A stretch of DNA of 64,000 nt from Tubiluchus corallicola. Its lineage: Eukaryota; Animalia; Priapulida. Below the pieces are notes generated by a model that saw only the letters and a list, made by a program, of their open reading frames with translations, was not told where the DNA came from and did not search any database. Location of the stretch: the NCBI GenBank assembly GCA_030141605.1, contig JAQGDQ010002381.1, forward strand, positions 1 to 64,000, in the 5' to 3' direction. Shown piece after piece: positions 17,367-40,746 of this stretch. The position numbers and the translations under genes are program-made. Each line of letters opens with the position of its first letter. The stretch's first letter is position 1.

Positions 17367-20300
17367 ATGGTTAGCTTTAATTGTACTAAGTGTAATAAAA
17401 CTTGCAAAGCAAATCAAAACTCAATTCAATGTGATGTGTGTTCCCTCTGGACACATCTAAAGTGTACAATGTTGTCTCATCATGAATTTGTAAATTTAGC
17501 AAATTCTAATGACAGTTACTTCTGCCAGCAATGCATTAATGATGTGCTTCCTTTGCAGTTCATTGATGATGATGAATTTATGGAAATGACTAATCACTAT
17601 CAATTTTCTAATTTTGTAAAAGATTTATCTTGCTTTTCATCAATTTATGACTCTTCTTCGCTAGTCCACTGTAATAGAGATGATACAGACATCGACAATT
17701 ATAGACTTCAGTATGACAGCAAATACATTAATCTTGCAAATCTGAGTAGTGATAAATCCACAGATAAAGCAAACAATGACACATTTATAATACACTTTAA
17801 CACATCAAGTTTGAGGAAATACTATTCAGACATGACTGATACATTAACACAATTTCAAAAAATGCCTGAGTTAATAGCGATCTCGGAAACCAGAATTCAC
17901 GAATCTGACACTTTTTTATGTAACATTCCAGGATATTCTTTCTTACACTATGATTCCAATACAGCTGCTGGTGGCGTAGGTGTGTATGTAAAATCTAGTC
18001 TCAATTTTAAAATTAAACCTGAATACAAAATAAGAACTTGTAAAAATGTTATTGTTAATGGGATTAGTACAACTAGTAGACTAGCACTTGAGGACCTGTG
18101 GCTCGAAATTGCTTCCACCGATAACAAAAAATCTTTCATATTTGGAGTAATATATAGGCATCCAAACACCCCAGTCGAGCATTTTCATGACGAATTAGAA
18201 TCAGTTCTTTGCACTATCAACTCCACAGGCAAACCAGCTTATATATGTGGAGACATTAATATAGATTTATATCAACATGATAACAAGCCATTTATTAATA
18301 AGTATCTCAACATGCTCTTCTCAAATCAATTTACACCAATTATCACGCGACCAACTAGAATTACTCCAACGTCACACACCTTAATTGATCATATTTATAC
18401 TAATAATCTTTCTACACCCATCACATCTGGCATCATTACTAACCCCATTGCGGACCACTTGCCAATATTTGCCATTATAAGAAATACTAATCTCCTGCAC
18501 AACAAGATTAAAAAATCAGTCAGATGTACGAGATCATTCAATCAAGGTAACTTTTTAAGCGAGCTTCAAGTTAATATAAGTAACCTAACACTGAATGATG
18601 GCGAAGCAGACATACACTCTTACTGCTCACAATTCATGGACTCGTTTAAAACATTACTTGATAAACATGCCCCACTCAAAACGTTATCAAGGAAAAACTC
18701 AAAACTATAGCTAAACCATGGATCACTCCCGGCATTCTTAATTCTATTAAAACAAGAAGCCGTATGTATACAACACACAAGTTATCCAACTCGCTGTATA
18801 AGCAAAATTTATATAAAACATATTCTAACAAACTTAATCACATCAAACATGCATCCAAAAAGAAGTATTACTCCCAGATCTTGGTTGCAAACAAAAATAA
18901 CATGAAACAAACTTGGAGCACTATCAATGAACTTCTCAAAATTAAAAAAAGGACAGCTAGTATAATGCCAACTAAAGTTCGTTACCAAGGCACAACCTCG
19001 TGTGACCCGCACCATAAAGCTAATGCTTTTAACAGTTTTTTTGCAAACATTGGTATATCACTGGCATCACGCATAACACAACCCCAAAACTGTAAGTATA
19101 CAGACTATTTAATGCATCCCCAAGAAAATTCTTTCTATATCACACCAGTTAGCGAAATCGAGATGTCCCAAGCTATTGATAGACTAGATCCCAATAAAGC
19201 AAAAGGCCCTTATGACATCCCAATTACATATTTTAAAATGTCTAAAAACATAATTTTAGCTCCGCTTACAAATCTGTTTAATGCGTCAATTCTGACTGGG
19301 ACATTCCCCGACACTTTAAAACTGGCAAAAGTAATCCCCATATATAAAAAAGATGATCCAAATGAGCTGAACAACTACCGACCTATCTCACTCATATCAC
19401 CCATTGCCAAAATTTTTGAGTCAATTTTATATAAACGTCTGATGACATATTTAATCAAAAATGATACAATATCATGTTTTCAATTCGGTTTCCGCAAAAA
19501 TCATTCCACAATATTAGCAACTGCTGAAATCATAGACAATCTTCTGACAAACCTAGACAATAAATTACTTACCTGCGGCATTTTTCTTGATTTAACAAAA
19601 GCTTTTGACACCGTTCAACACGACATTTTACTCAACAAAATGGACTATTATGGTATCCGTGGAATCACGCAAAAACTATTCCAGTCATATCTTACAAACA
19701 GACACCAGTTTACGGTTGTTGACAATTTTGCCTCTGACCGATGCTCAATTCAGTGTGGTGTACCCCAAGGATCCACCTTGGGTCCACTTCTTTTCCTGAT
19801 ATATATAAATGACCTCCCTCTTTGTACTAACATGCAAACACGACTTTTTGCTGATGACACTAACCTCTTCTTAGCAGACAACGATACGCAAAATCTTGAG
19901 CTTAGAAGTAATGAAGAATTGATCAAAATTAACACATGGATGCGTACAAATAAGTTAACAGTAAACTATAATAAAACAAAATTTATGATCATAAGAAATA
20001 AATTTGAAAACAATGAAAACTCCATTATAACAGTATCCATGCAAGACTGTTTATTAGAACAAGTATCAGACATAAAATATCTGGGCGTCTACATAGATGA
20101 CACCCTTAATTGGTCAACACACATAAAAATATTACCTACAAAGTAAGCAAAGTTACAGGTATATTTTTTAAATTGAGGCATTACTTGAGCACGGATATAC
20201 TAAAAATGATTTACTTTGCCATTGTGTACCCACACATTAACTATTGTATCTTATCGTGGGGCACAGCAAAAAAATCTGTTTTGAAACCTCTTACATCAGC

Positions 20301-20685
20301 ACATAACAAAATTATCAAAACAATGACTTTTGCTGGGTTCCGAGATCATGCTACCCCTTCCTATTATGCTTTGCAATTATTAAAAATTAATGAAATTTAT
20401 AAGCTTGAGTTAGCGAAATTCATGTTCAAGTATAAAAAGTGCATTCTACCTAAATTATATGGCAATTATTTCAAAAAGATTAGTGACGTTCACCAGTATT
20501 CTACGAGAGCAGCTACCAAACAAAACTATTTTCAGGAAAGATTTAACACAACAAAAGGTCTACAAACTTTAAAACATAATGGTACAATTCTATGGAATAC
20601 TCTTTCAGATGATCTTAAGCAATCGACTAGTATCTATCAGTTAAGTAAATTATATAAATGTCAACTCTTGCAAACTTATTATTGA
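17367..20685 (+). pseudogene. LINE ORF2 (PHD finger, AP endonuclease, reverse transcriptase) with two frameshifts
   Basis: PHD C..C...CDVC..W.H..C...YFC..C; APE ISETR, GDINID, LIDHIY, DHLPI; RT YRPISL, QFGFR, FLDLTKAFD, GVPQGSTLGP, FADDT, KYLG. The frame shifts at ~18700-18712 and ~20125-20130, both at A-runs. Confidence 0.92.
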
Positions 20686-22421
20686 GATAAGCGTACAGTA
20701 TTTTGCCTATCTATCTGCCTCTTCATTTTACATCAGATCATCAAAACTCGCTCTGTATTTATTTATTTTTTTTTTTACATTATGCTTGTGTTATAAAGTA
20801 AATTTCAGTTACCATTGTTATTATGTTTCTGATGTCAGATTTTTATTTCAGTCCTTATTTCAGTTATGTTCAGTTTGATTTTTTTTTATTATTATTATGC
20901 ACTTATTATTACTGTGTATGAATTGTACTAACACATTATAAGCATATCATTATCAATTTTATGTCATTCGTAACACTTTATTTATTATAAGCAGTACTAA
21001 CACTAATACACTAGCATAGCGCCTATAAAAAATGTTCATCACTAACCAAAGGGCAGCTGACTAGATGACCAATTGGTCTTTCGCTGCCCTTTCTTCACAT
21101 TTTTGTTGCTAAATTAATTGTATTGTGACTGTGCGTGTGTTAAAAGATAAATAAAAGATTATTATTATTATTATTATTATTATGATACAAACCTGCACAC
21201 ATTATGTATTCTTTTGAAATGTTTAGTAAAGTGCATGTACAATTTTGCCGTATCCGTATCCGTATAGTTTACAAAGACAAATTTCATTACGTTCATGAAG
21301 GCACTGATACATACCTGCGCACATTATATATCCTTTGTTTTGGAAACCACGGATGTGTAAAACTGGAAACCGTGTACGTCAGTAGGATAGATGTTACACC
21401 TCTGGCCGATTTCCCGGGGGGGGTGGGGATTTCCCCGGGGGGGTGGGGAAAAACACCCCTAAAAAAGTGCGAAAATCCACGAAAACCCCTAAAAAAGTGT
21501 GAAAACCCGTGTGAAAGTGTGCACGTGACCGAAATCGACGAAAAAGCGCGAAAAACAAAGAAAAACAAAGAAAAGGCGTGTGAAACGAGGTAAAAATTTT
21601 CCAGTTTTTCCCTCCCGCATGGCTTCATTTGGATCGAATGACCTTGAACTCTAGGTCACGTGACCAAAGTTCATTGACCCCTGGCCCCTGGATGGCTTCT
21701 TTTTTTGACGCCCCATTTTAAACCGCGCGAAAGCGCTCGAAAGCGCGCGAAAGTGTGTGAAAGCGTGTGAAAGCGCGTGAAAGCATGTGAAAGTGTGTGA
21801 AAGTGTGTGAAACGAGGTAAAAAGCGCCTCAAACGAAGAAAAAGGGAGAAGTGGAGTTCCCGCCGTGGACTAATTAGTGCTAATTGGCGCTAATTGGCGC
21901 TAATTGGGGAGCCCCTGCCACCCCTCCGCCGCATACAAACGTCCGTCCCGGGGGTCGGGGACCCCCCCCCCCCTGCAACCCACCCCTCCGTCGCGTGGAA
22001 TCGTCCACTGCAGGCAATGAGGGAAATCTTTTTCCCGCCACTCGCGCAGTGCCGGCCCTTTTCCGCGACCACTTCTCTCTCTCTCGGGTGTCCTCCCTTT
22101 TCCGCGACCACTTCTCTCGCGGGTTTAGATGTGTGTGTGTGTGGAGATTTATTTCAAATGCCAAAGTTCGATAAATGCATTTTCACAAATCTTTTTTATT
22201 GATGGATTACAGGTGTGGAGATTTATTTCAAACGCCAAAGTTCGATAAATGCATTTTCACAAATCTTTTTTTATTGATGGATTACAAAAAATTTTTTTAC
22301 ATTTTTTATGCAAAATACATACGTGCTAAAACTAGATTATTATTATTATTATGGTGACATGATAGTTCTACATTTTACGTTTTTTTCGCAAATTACACAA
22401 ATTATGCAAATTACAGTAAAA

Positions 22422-23012
22422 CTACACTAATGACGACGAGCGAGTACATGGATTGTCGTCGCCGTCGTCGATGTGATACAGACAAACGTTATTGTTGTTA
22501 AAAACGAATTCGTTAAATTTGCGGAAAACGCGAGAGAAATCCTCGACCTTTGTCCCGCCCATCATTATTATGCTTCCGGTGTGAAAAATGTTCAGAGTAA
22601 TTTGCTCGCATTTGCAAGTTAGTTTGGGAAATAGTTCCACTTCGTAAAACACTTCTCTAAAAGAATGCGTCGAAGGACGAACGAGTTCTTCGTACAGTGC
22701 ACCCAGTTTCAATCTGCAGCGAATTTTGGCTCTGGCGGTGATGGTGCGAATTGCGATCCCGTCGGCGGGCGTCAGTCCGAGACCTTTCGAGAGTTCTTCG
22801 ATCGCATTGCGTAGTACTTTTTCCTCCGAAAAACCGTTGGCCACCACGGAGCCGGAGGCAAAAATCATCAGCGTCCTGCCCAGTCGCTTTAGCAGAAGCA
22901 TTTGCGGTTTTCTTTCGTAGCGTCTTCCGCCCGTTCTCCGCCGGAGTTCGTTCAGATCGAAGCGCTGCGAGAACGAAGCCGTGGCGACGATGTTGACCGT
23001 TTGGACTGACAC
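22422..23012 (-). CDS. TBP-like protein, left-arm copy
   Basis: Mirror of 24637-25227 with three amino-acid differences seen (G/R, H/R, D/G). Confidence 0.75.
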   Translation of the reverse strand: MSVQTVNIVATASFSQRFDLNELRRRTGGRRYERKPQMLLLKRLGRTLMIFASGSVVANGFSEEKVLRNAIEELSKGLGLTPADGIAIRTITARAKIRCRLKLGALYEELVRPSTHSFREVFYEVELFPKLTCKCEQITLNIFHTGSIIMMGGTKVEDFSRVFRKFNEFVFNNNNVCLYHIDDGDDNPCTRSSSLV

Positions 23013-23453
23013 GTTAGAACATAGTTGGCAATCGTTTCGGACGCCCGAACCGCTCTGCCTCGTCCGTTGCTCTGCCAACGTATGGCGGGCGGTGGGTGGT
23101 CGCTTTCCAGATCCTCTACGCGTATGACCACGCGATTTTTGGGGAGATGTTTTTTGACGAAATCGTACATCTCTGCTCCCTTGACGTAGNNNNNNNNNNN
23201 NNNNNNNNNNNNNNNNNNNNNNNNNNNNNNNNNNNNNNNNNNNNNNNNNNNNNNNNNNNNNNNNNNNNNNNNTTAGGTAGTTGTAGGTGGATCGCTTGTG
23301 CTGGGGAACGCGATTCCAGGGGTGGGGCGGTTTGAAGGTGTAGTTGTGATATATGCCGGTCTCTATTTCGCGAATTACCAAATTTTTGACCAGGTATTCT
23401 TCTTTTCCGCACTGGAAGGCATCTACGGTGAGAACTATGCTCGATTCAGACAT
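22952..23453 (-). CDS. Exonuclease-like protein, left-arm copy (spans the N gap)
   Basis: Mirror of 24185-24697. Confidence 0.6.
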
Positions 23454-23676
23454 CTGTGACGATGGGGGGTCCTTCTACGCCGTCGGCAACGAGTTTTCCT
23501 TCGATGACGATTTGCTTGTGATTGTTCACAAATTCCAGAGACTTGATTTTTTCGAAGGTGTATTTTTTTATGACCTTGTTGGGGGCACTCTTGCGTGCGT
23601 TGGCGCGCTTGCCGCCCCGCGTCCCCGCTTGTTGTTGTTGCTTGCGAGGAACGGTGGTTAGAGGTTGTTTGAAATC
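23446..23676 (-). CDS. Small basic protein (terminal exon) of the element; partial mirror at 23985-24192
   Basis: Acceptor ttcttcttctcttgcag precedes DFKQPLTTVPRKQQQQAGTRGGKRANARKS...PPIVTDV*. Its stop overlaps the next start (gATGtcTGA). Confidence 0.45.
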   Translation of the reverse strand, partial: DFKQPLTTVPRKQQQQAGTRGGKRANARKSAPNKVIKKYTFEKIKSLEFVNNHKQIVIEGKLVADGVEGPPIVTDV

Positions 23677-23727
23677 CTGCAAGAGAAGAAGAACAATAGT
23701 TATAGTATTGTTGTTCGCTAACGACAA

Positions 23728-23984
23728 CTAGGCATTTTTGATGAGCCATTCTTTCAGATTTCTAGGTTTTTTGGGGGCAGTGGGGGTGAGCACCATCGGC
23801 GGCGATGGAGGGGGCGTCGCGGAAATTACGAGTTTGTCTTCTTCTTTATCATCATCTTTCTCCTCTTCCTCCTCCTCCTCTCGAAAGATGTCCATTCGTG
23901 TCCCTCTCTCGCGTCTGCTTTTACACGGAGGGGCGGAGGTGCCGACGTCCGTGTCTGGCAGACTTCTTTCCGTCCAGTTTGTCC
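23728..23984 (-). CDS. C-terminal fragment of an acidic, Pro-rich protein in the unique spacer
   Basis: ...MDIFREEEEEEEKDDDKEEDKLVISATPPPSPPMVLTPTAPKKPRNLKEWLIKNA*; truncated by the arm junction. Confidence 0.4.
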
Positions 23985-24184
23985 AGTTCCTCGCAAGCAA
24001 CAACAACAAGCGGGGACGCGGGGCGGCAAGCGCGCCAACGCACGCAAGAGTGCCCCCAACAAGGTCATAAAAAAATACACCTTCGAAAAAATCAAGTCTC
24101 TGGAATTTGTGAACAATCACAAGCAAATCGTCATCGAAGGAAAACTCGTTGCCGACGGCGTAGAAGGACCCCCCATCGTCACAG

Positions 24185-24697
24185 ATGTCTGAATCGAGCA
24201 TAGTTCTCACCGTAGATGCCTTCCAGTGCGGAAAAGAAGAATACCTGGTCAAAAATTTGGTAATTCGCGAAATAGAGACCGGCATATATCACAACTACAC
24301 CTTCAAACCGCCCCACCCCTGGAATCGTGTTCCCCAGCACAAGCGATCCACCTACAACTACCTAATCAGACACATACACGGCATCTCGTGGGAGGAGGGA
24401 ATGATCGAGTACGCAGAATTGGAAAACATTCTACGACAGACCACCAGAGGCAGGATCACCTACGTCAAGGGAGCAGAGATGTACGATTTCGTCAAAAAAC
24501 ATCTCCCCAAAAATCGCGTGGTCATACGCGTAGAGGATCTGGAAAGCGACCACCCGCCGCCCGCCATACGTTGGCAGAGCAACGGACGAGGCAGAGCGGT
24601 TCGGGCGTCCGAAACGATTGCCAACTATGTTCTAACGTGTCAGTCCAAACGGTCAACATCGTCGCCACGGCTTCGTTCTCGCAGCGCTTCGATCTGA
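24185..24697 (+). CDS. Putative DEDD/RNase H-fold exonuclease-like protein of a type recalled from animal Polinton cargo
   Basis: 170 aa with an ATG start. The pattern VDAFQ..YLVKNLVI...YTFKPP..W......YL.RHIHGISWEEG..Y..L....YVKG.E...F......VEDL matches the recalled family. Both arm differences seen in this ORF are synonymous. Confidence 0.6.
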   Translation: MSESSIVLTVDAFQCGKEEYLVKNLVIREIETGIYHNYTFKPPHPWNRVPQHKRSTYNYLIRHIHGISWEEGMIEYAELENILRQTTRGRITYVKGAEMYDFVKKHLPKNRVVIRVEDLESDHPPPAIRWQSNGRGRAVRASETIANYVLTCQSKRSTSSPRLRSRSASI

Positions 24698-25227
24698 ACG
24701 AACTCCGGCGGAGAACGGGCGGAAGACGCTACGAAAGAAAACCGCAAATGCTTCTGCTAAAGCGACTGGGCGGGACGCTGATGATTTTTGCCTCCGGCTC
24801 CGTGGTGGCCAACGGTTTTTCGGAGGAAAAAGTACTACGCAATGCGATCGAAGAACTCTCGAAAGGTCTCGGACTGACGCCCGCCGACGGGATCGCAATT
24901 CGCACCATCACCGCCAGAGCCAAAATTCGCTGCAGATTGAAACTGGGTGCACTGTACGAAGAACTCGTTCGTCCTTCGACGCATTCTTTTAGAGAAGTGT
25001 TTTACGAAGTGGAACTATTTCCCAAACTAACTTGCAAATGCGAGCAAATTACTCTGAACATTTTTCACACCGGAAGCATAATAATGATGGGCGGGACAAA
25101 GGTCGAGGATTTCTCTCACGTTTTCCGCAAATTTAACGAATTCGTTTTTAACAACAATAACGTTTGTCTGTATCACATCGACGACGACGACGACAATCCA
25201 TGTACTCGCTCGTCGTCATTAGTGTAG
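24637..25227 (+). CDS. Divergent TATA-binding-protein (TBP) core-like protein, intronless
   Basis: Two TBP repeats: VNIVATASFSQRFDL...TLMIFASGSVVANG and ...FYEVELFPKL...LNIFHTGSIIMMG, versus recalled TBP QNIVSTVNL..LDL, TALIFSSGKMVCTG, YEPELFPGL and LLIFVSGKVVLTG. No in-frame ATG precedes the domain; the start shown is a GTG. Confidence 0.8.
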   Translation: MSVQTVNIVATASFSQRFDLNELRRRTGGRRYERKPQMLLLKRLGGTLMIFASGSVVANGFSEEKVLRNAIEELSKGLGLTPADGIAIRTITARAKIRCRLKLGALYEELVRPSTHSFREVFYEVELFPKLTCKCEQITLNIFHTGSIIMMGGTKVEDFSHVFRKFNEFVFNNNNVCLYHIDDDDDNPCTRSSSLV

Positions 25228-26839
25228 TTTTACTGTAATTTGCATAATTTGTGTAATTTGCGAAAAAAACGTAAAATGTAGAACTATCACGTCACCATAA
25301 TAATAATAATAATCTAGTTTTAGCACGTATGTATTTTGCATAAAAAAATGTAAAAAAAATTTTTTGTAATCCATCAATAAAAAAGATTTGTGAAAATGCA
25401 TTTATCGAACTTTGGCGTTTGAAATAAATCTCCACACACACACACACACACACACATCTAAACCCGCGAGAGAAGTGGTCGCGGAAAAGGGAGGGCACCC
25501 GAGAGAGAGAAGTGGTCGCGGAAAAGGGCCGGCACTGCGCGAGTGGGGGGGGGGAAGATTTCCCTCATTGCCTGCAATGGACGATTCCACGTGACGGAGG
25601 GGTGGGTTGCAGGGGGGGTGTCCCCGACCCCCGGGACGGACGTTTGCACGCGGCGGAGGGGTGGCAGGGGCTCGCCAATTAGCGCCAATTAGCACTAATT
25701 AGTCCTCGGCGGGAACTCCACTTCTCCCTTTTTCTTCGTTTGAGGCGCTTTTTACCTCGTTTCACACACTTTCACACGCTTTCGCGCACTTTCACACACT
25801 TTCACGCGCTTTCACACACTTTCACATGCTTTCGCGCGGTTTTGCGCGGTTTAAAATGGGGTGTCAAAAAAAGAAGCCATCCAGGGGTCAATGAACTTTG
25901 GTCACGTGACCTAGAGTTCAAGGTCATTCGATCCAAATGAAGCCATGCGGGAGGGAAAAACTGCAAAATTTTTACCTCGTTTCACACGCCTTTTCTTCGT
26001 TTTTCTTTGTTTTTCGCGCTTTTTCGTCGATTTCGGTCACGTGCGCACTTTCACACGGGTTTTCACACTTTTTTAGGGGTTTTCGCGGATTTTCGCACTT
26101 TTTTAGGGGTGTTTTTCCCCACCCCCCCGGGCAGCCAAAGGGGGGGTGGGGAAATCGGCCAGAGGCAAAACATCTATACTACTGAGGCCGAAATACCTGG
26201 GAAAGTTAAAGTTGTCCAAAAGTCCTGTAAGACCTTCACGACCTGGTAGAACCAGTACTTGACAATAATTATTGAAATTATCTCTTTTACTGCATTTGTC
26301 ACAGACTGGCAATGTTTAAAGCATGTGACGCAAATTGTGGCCTTCAACTATAGGTGACAGTAGGAAATTGTAATAAAACCCATCGACCTGTTTTTGTGAC
26401 TTGATTATAGCTTTTTAATATAAGGCTTAGTTCTAAAAATCCTAACGTTGATTGGGATAATATGTACAAAACATCCAGGTTACAGAATTCTTGAGATTCG
26501 AACACCAAACTATCACTGTCCGTTTGTTTTGGATTTTTTTTTGTAAAAAATAAACCAAAACAGGTACACCAGGGGAAAGTAATTTTTGTTATTATAATGG
26601 TTATTCTCGCGGTGATTTCCAAATAGTTGTTTTCTTTTTATAGTTTGAGAAATCTGGTAGTCGAAAAGAAGAATTAGTACTGGAAGATTTTCTTGCCAGT
26701 TTAAAAGAGACTGAGTTTATGGATGCACATTTTGCGAAGTACAAGGTATAGGCTGTGCTTTCTTTAAATATCAAATAATTCATTGTTTAGTATAAGTGAC
26801 CCAGTCAACATTTTCTTCTTTTTTCTCTTGCTCTTTCTC

Positions 26840-27260
26840 CTTATTATCACCATCACCATCGCCATCACCATCACCACCATCACCACCACCACCACCAACA
26901 TCATCACGACCATCATCACCACCACCACCACCACCACCACCACCACCATTATTGTTAACATCATGATTATCCGTTGCTGTGGTCATCACATCATCATCAT
27001 CATTATCGTCGTCGTTGTCGTCGTCGTCGTCATCATCAACCATCATCATCATCATCACCACCATCACCATCATCATCGTCGTCGTCGTCGTTGTCGTCGT
27101 CGTCATCATCATCAACCATCATCGTCATCATCACCACCATCACCATCATCATCATCATTATCGTCGTCGTCGTCGTCATCATCATCATCAACCATCATCG
27201 TCATCATCACCACCATCACCATCATCATCATCGCCATACGCTTAACCGTCATCACTGTCA
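26840..27260. repeat. Compound (CAT/CAC/CGT)n trinucleotide array with internal duplication
   Basis: Directly visible. Confidence 0.9.
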
Positions 27261-27337
27261 TTATTTTTATCATCAGTATTTAACCAGCCTAATTTGATAA
27301 TTGTGAAGGAGAAAATGTTTAATTAGTTGAATTAAAG

Positions 27338-27669
27338 CAGTGGTTCCCAAAGTAGGGGTAAATTACCCCCCCCCCCCGGGTAATATGGTTTTGGGGGGGG
27401 GGGTAACGGGTACCCATCTGAAAACTTCGCTCGGAATGCATTTTACGTAGTTTTCTTCTTGAAGAGACTGCCTCCGGCAGGAAACACTGTGTCATGGGGT
27501 CCATCATTCGCACGTTCTCACGATCTCTGGTGCGATCCTGGAGAGAAGTCAAAGTTCACGATTGTTTCTTTGGTTTCGAGTTGGAGAAGCAGTACTAGGT
27601 GGGGGGGTAATGGACACGACCGGGTTTCCCTATTTGGGTAACGGTCCGAGAAAAATTTGGGAACCACTG
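27338..27669. mobile_element. hAT-type MITE
   Basis: TIR cagtggttcccaaa/tttgggaaccactg; 8-bp flanks aattaaag/acttaaag. Confidence 0.8.
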
Positions 27670-27762
27670 ACTTAAAGTGACTTAGTTCAGTCAGAACAAG
27701 AATAAGAATAAGAATGAGGATAGGAACAAGAAAATGCGTTATGCCAATTTTTTACATTTCAG

Positions 27763-40746
<12,984 letters not shown>

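Larger units (their letters stand above)
16157..21182 (+). mobile_element. Near full-length CR1/L2-group LINE (Crack/Daphne/CR1-like)
   Basis: ORF1 + ORF2 (PHD, APE, RT), a 3' UTR hairpin, AATAAA and an (ATT)n tail. TGATAC is duplicated at 16151-16156 and 21183-21188. Confidence 0.92.
21381..26183. mobile_element. Fold-back, non-autonomous Polinton/Maverick-like element with ~2.2-kb gene-containing inverted arms
   Basis: 21381-23652 is the reverse complement of 23985-26183. Ends are AGTAGG...TACTACT. GC/CpG-rich against an AT-rich host. No pPolB, integrase or capsid ORF and no clear TSD. An N gap lies at 23190-23272. Confidence 0.7.

Noticed and set aside
22422-23453. 343-aa exonuclease-TBP fusion ORF in the left arm
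   Set aside because: The fusion arises only from the arbitrary length of the N gap; the right arm has the two domains in different frames.
24226-24636. N-terminal 137 aa of the 333-aa ORF as part of the TBP-like protein
   Set aside because: GTG-started, Arg-rich shadow of the exonuclease frame; arm differences are synonymous only in the other frame.
26764-27297. His/Ser/Asp-rich ORFs
   Set aside because: Trinucleotide low-complexity sequence open in most frames.
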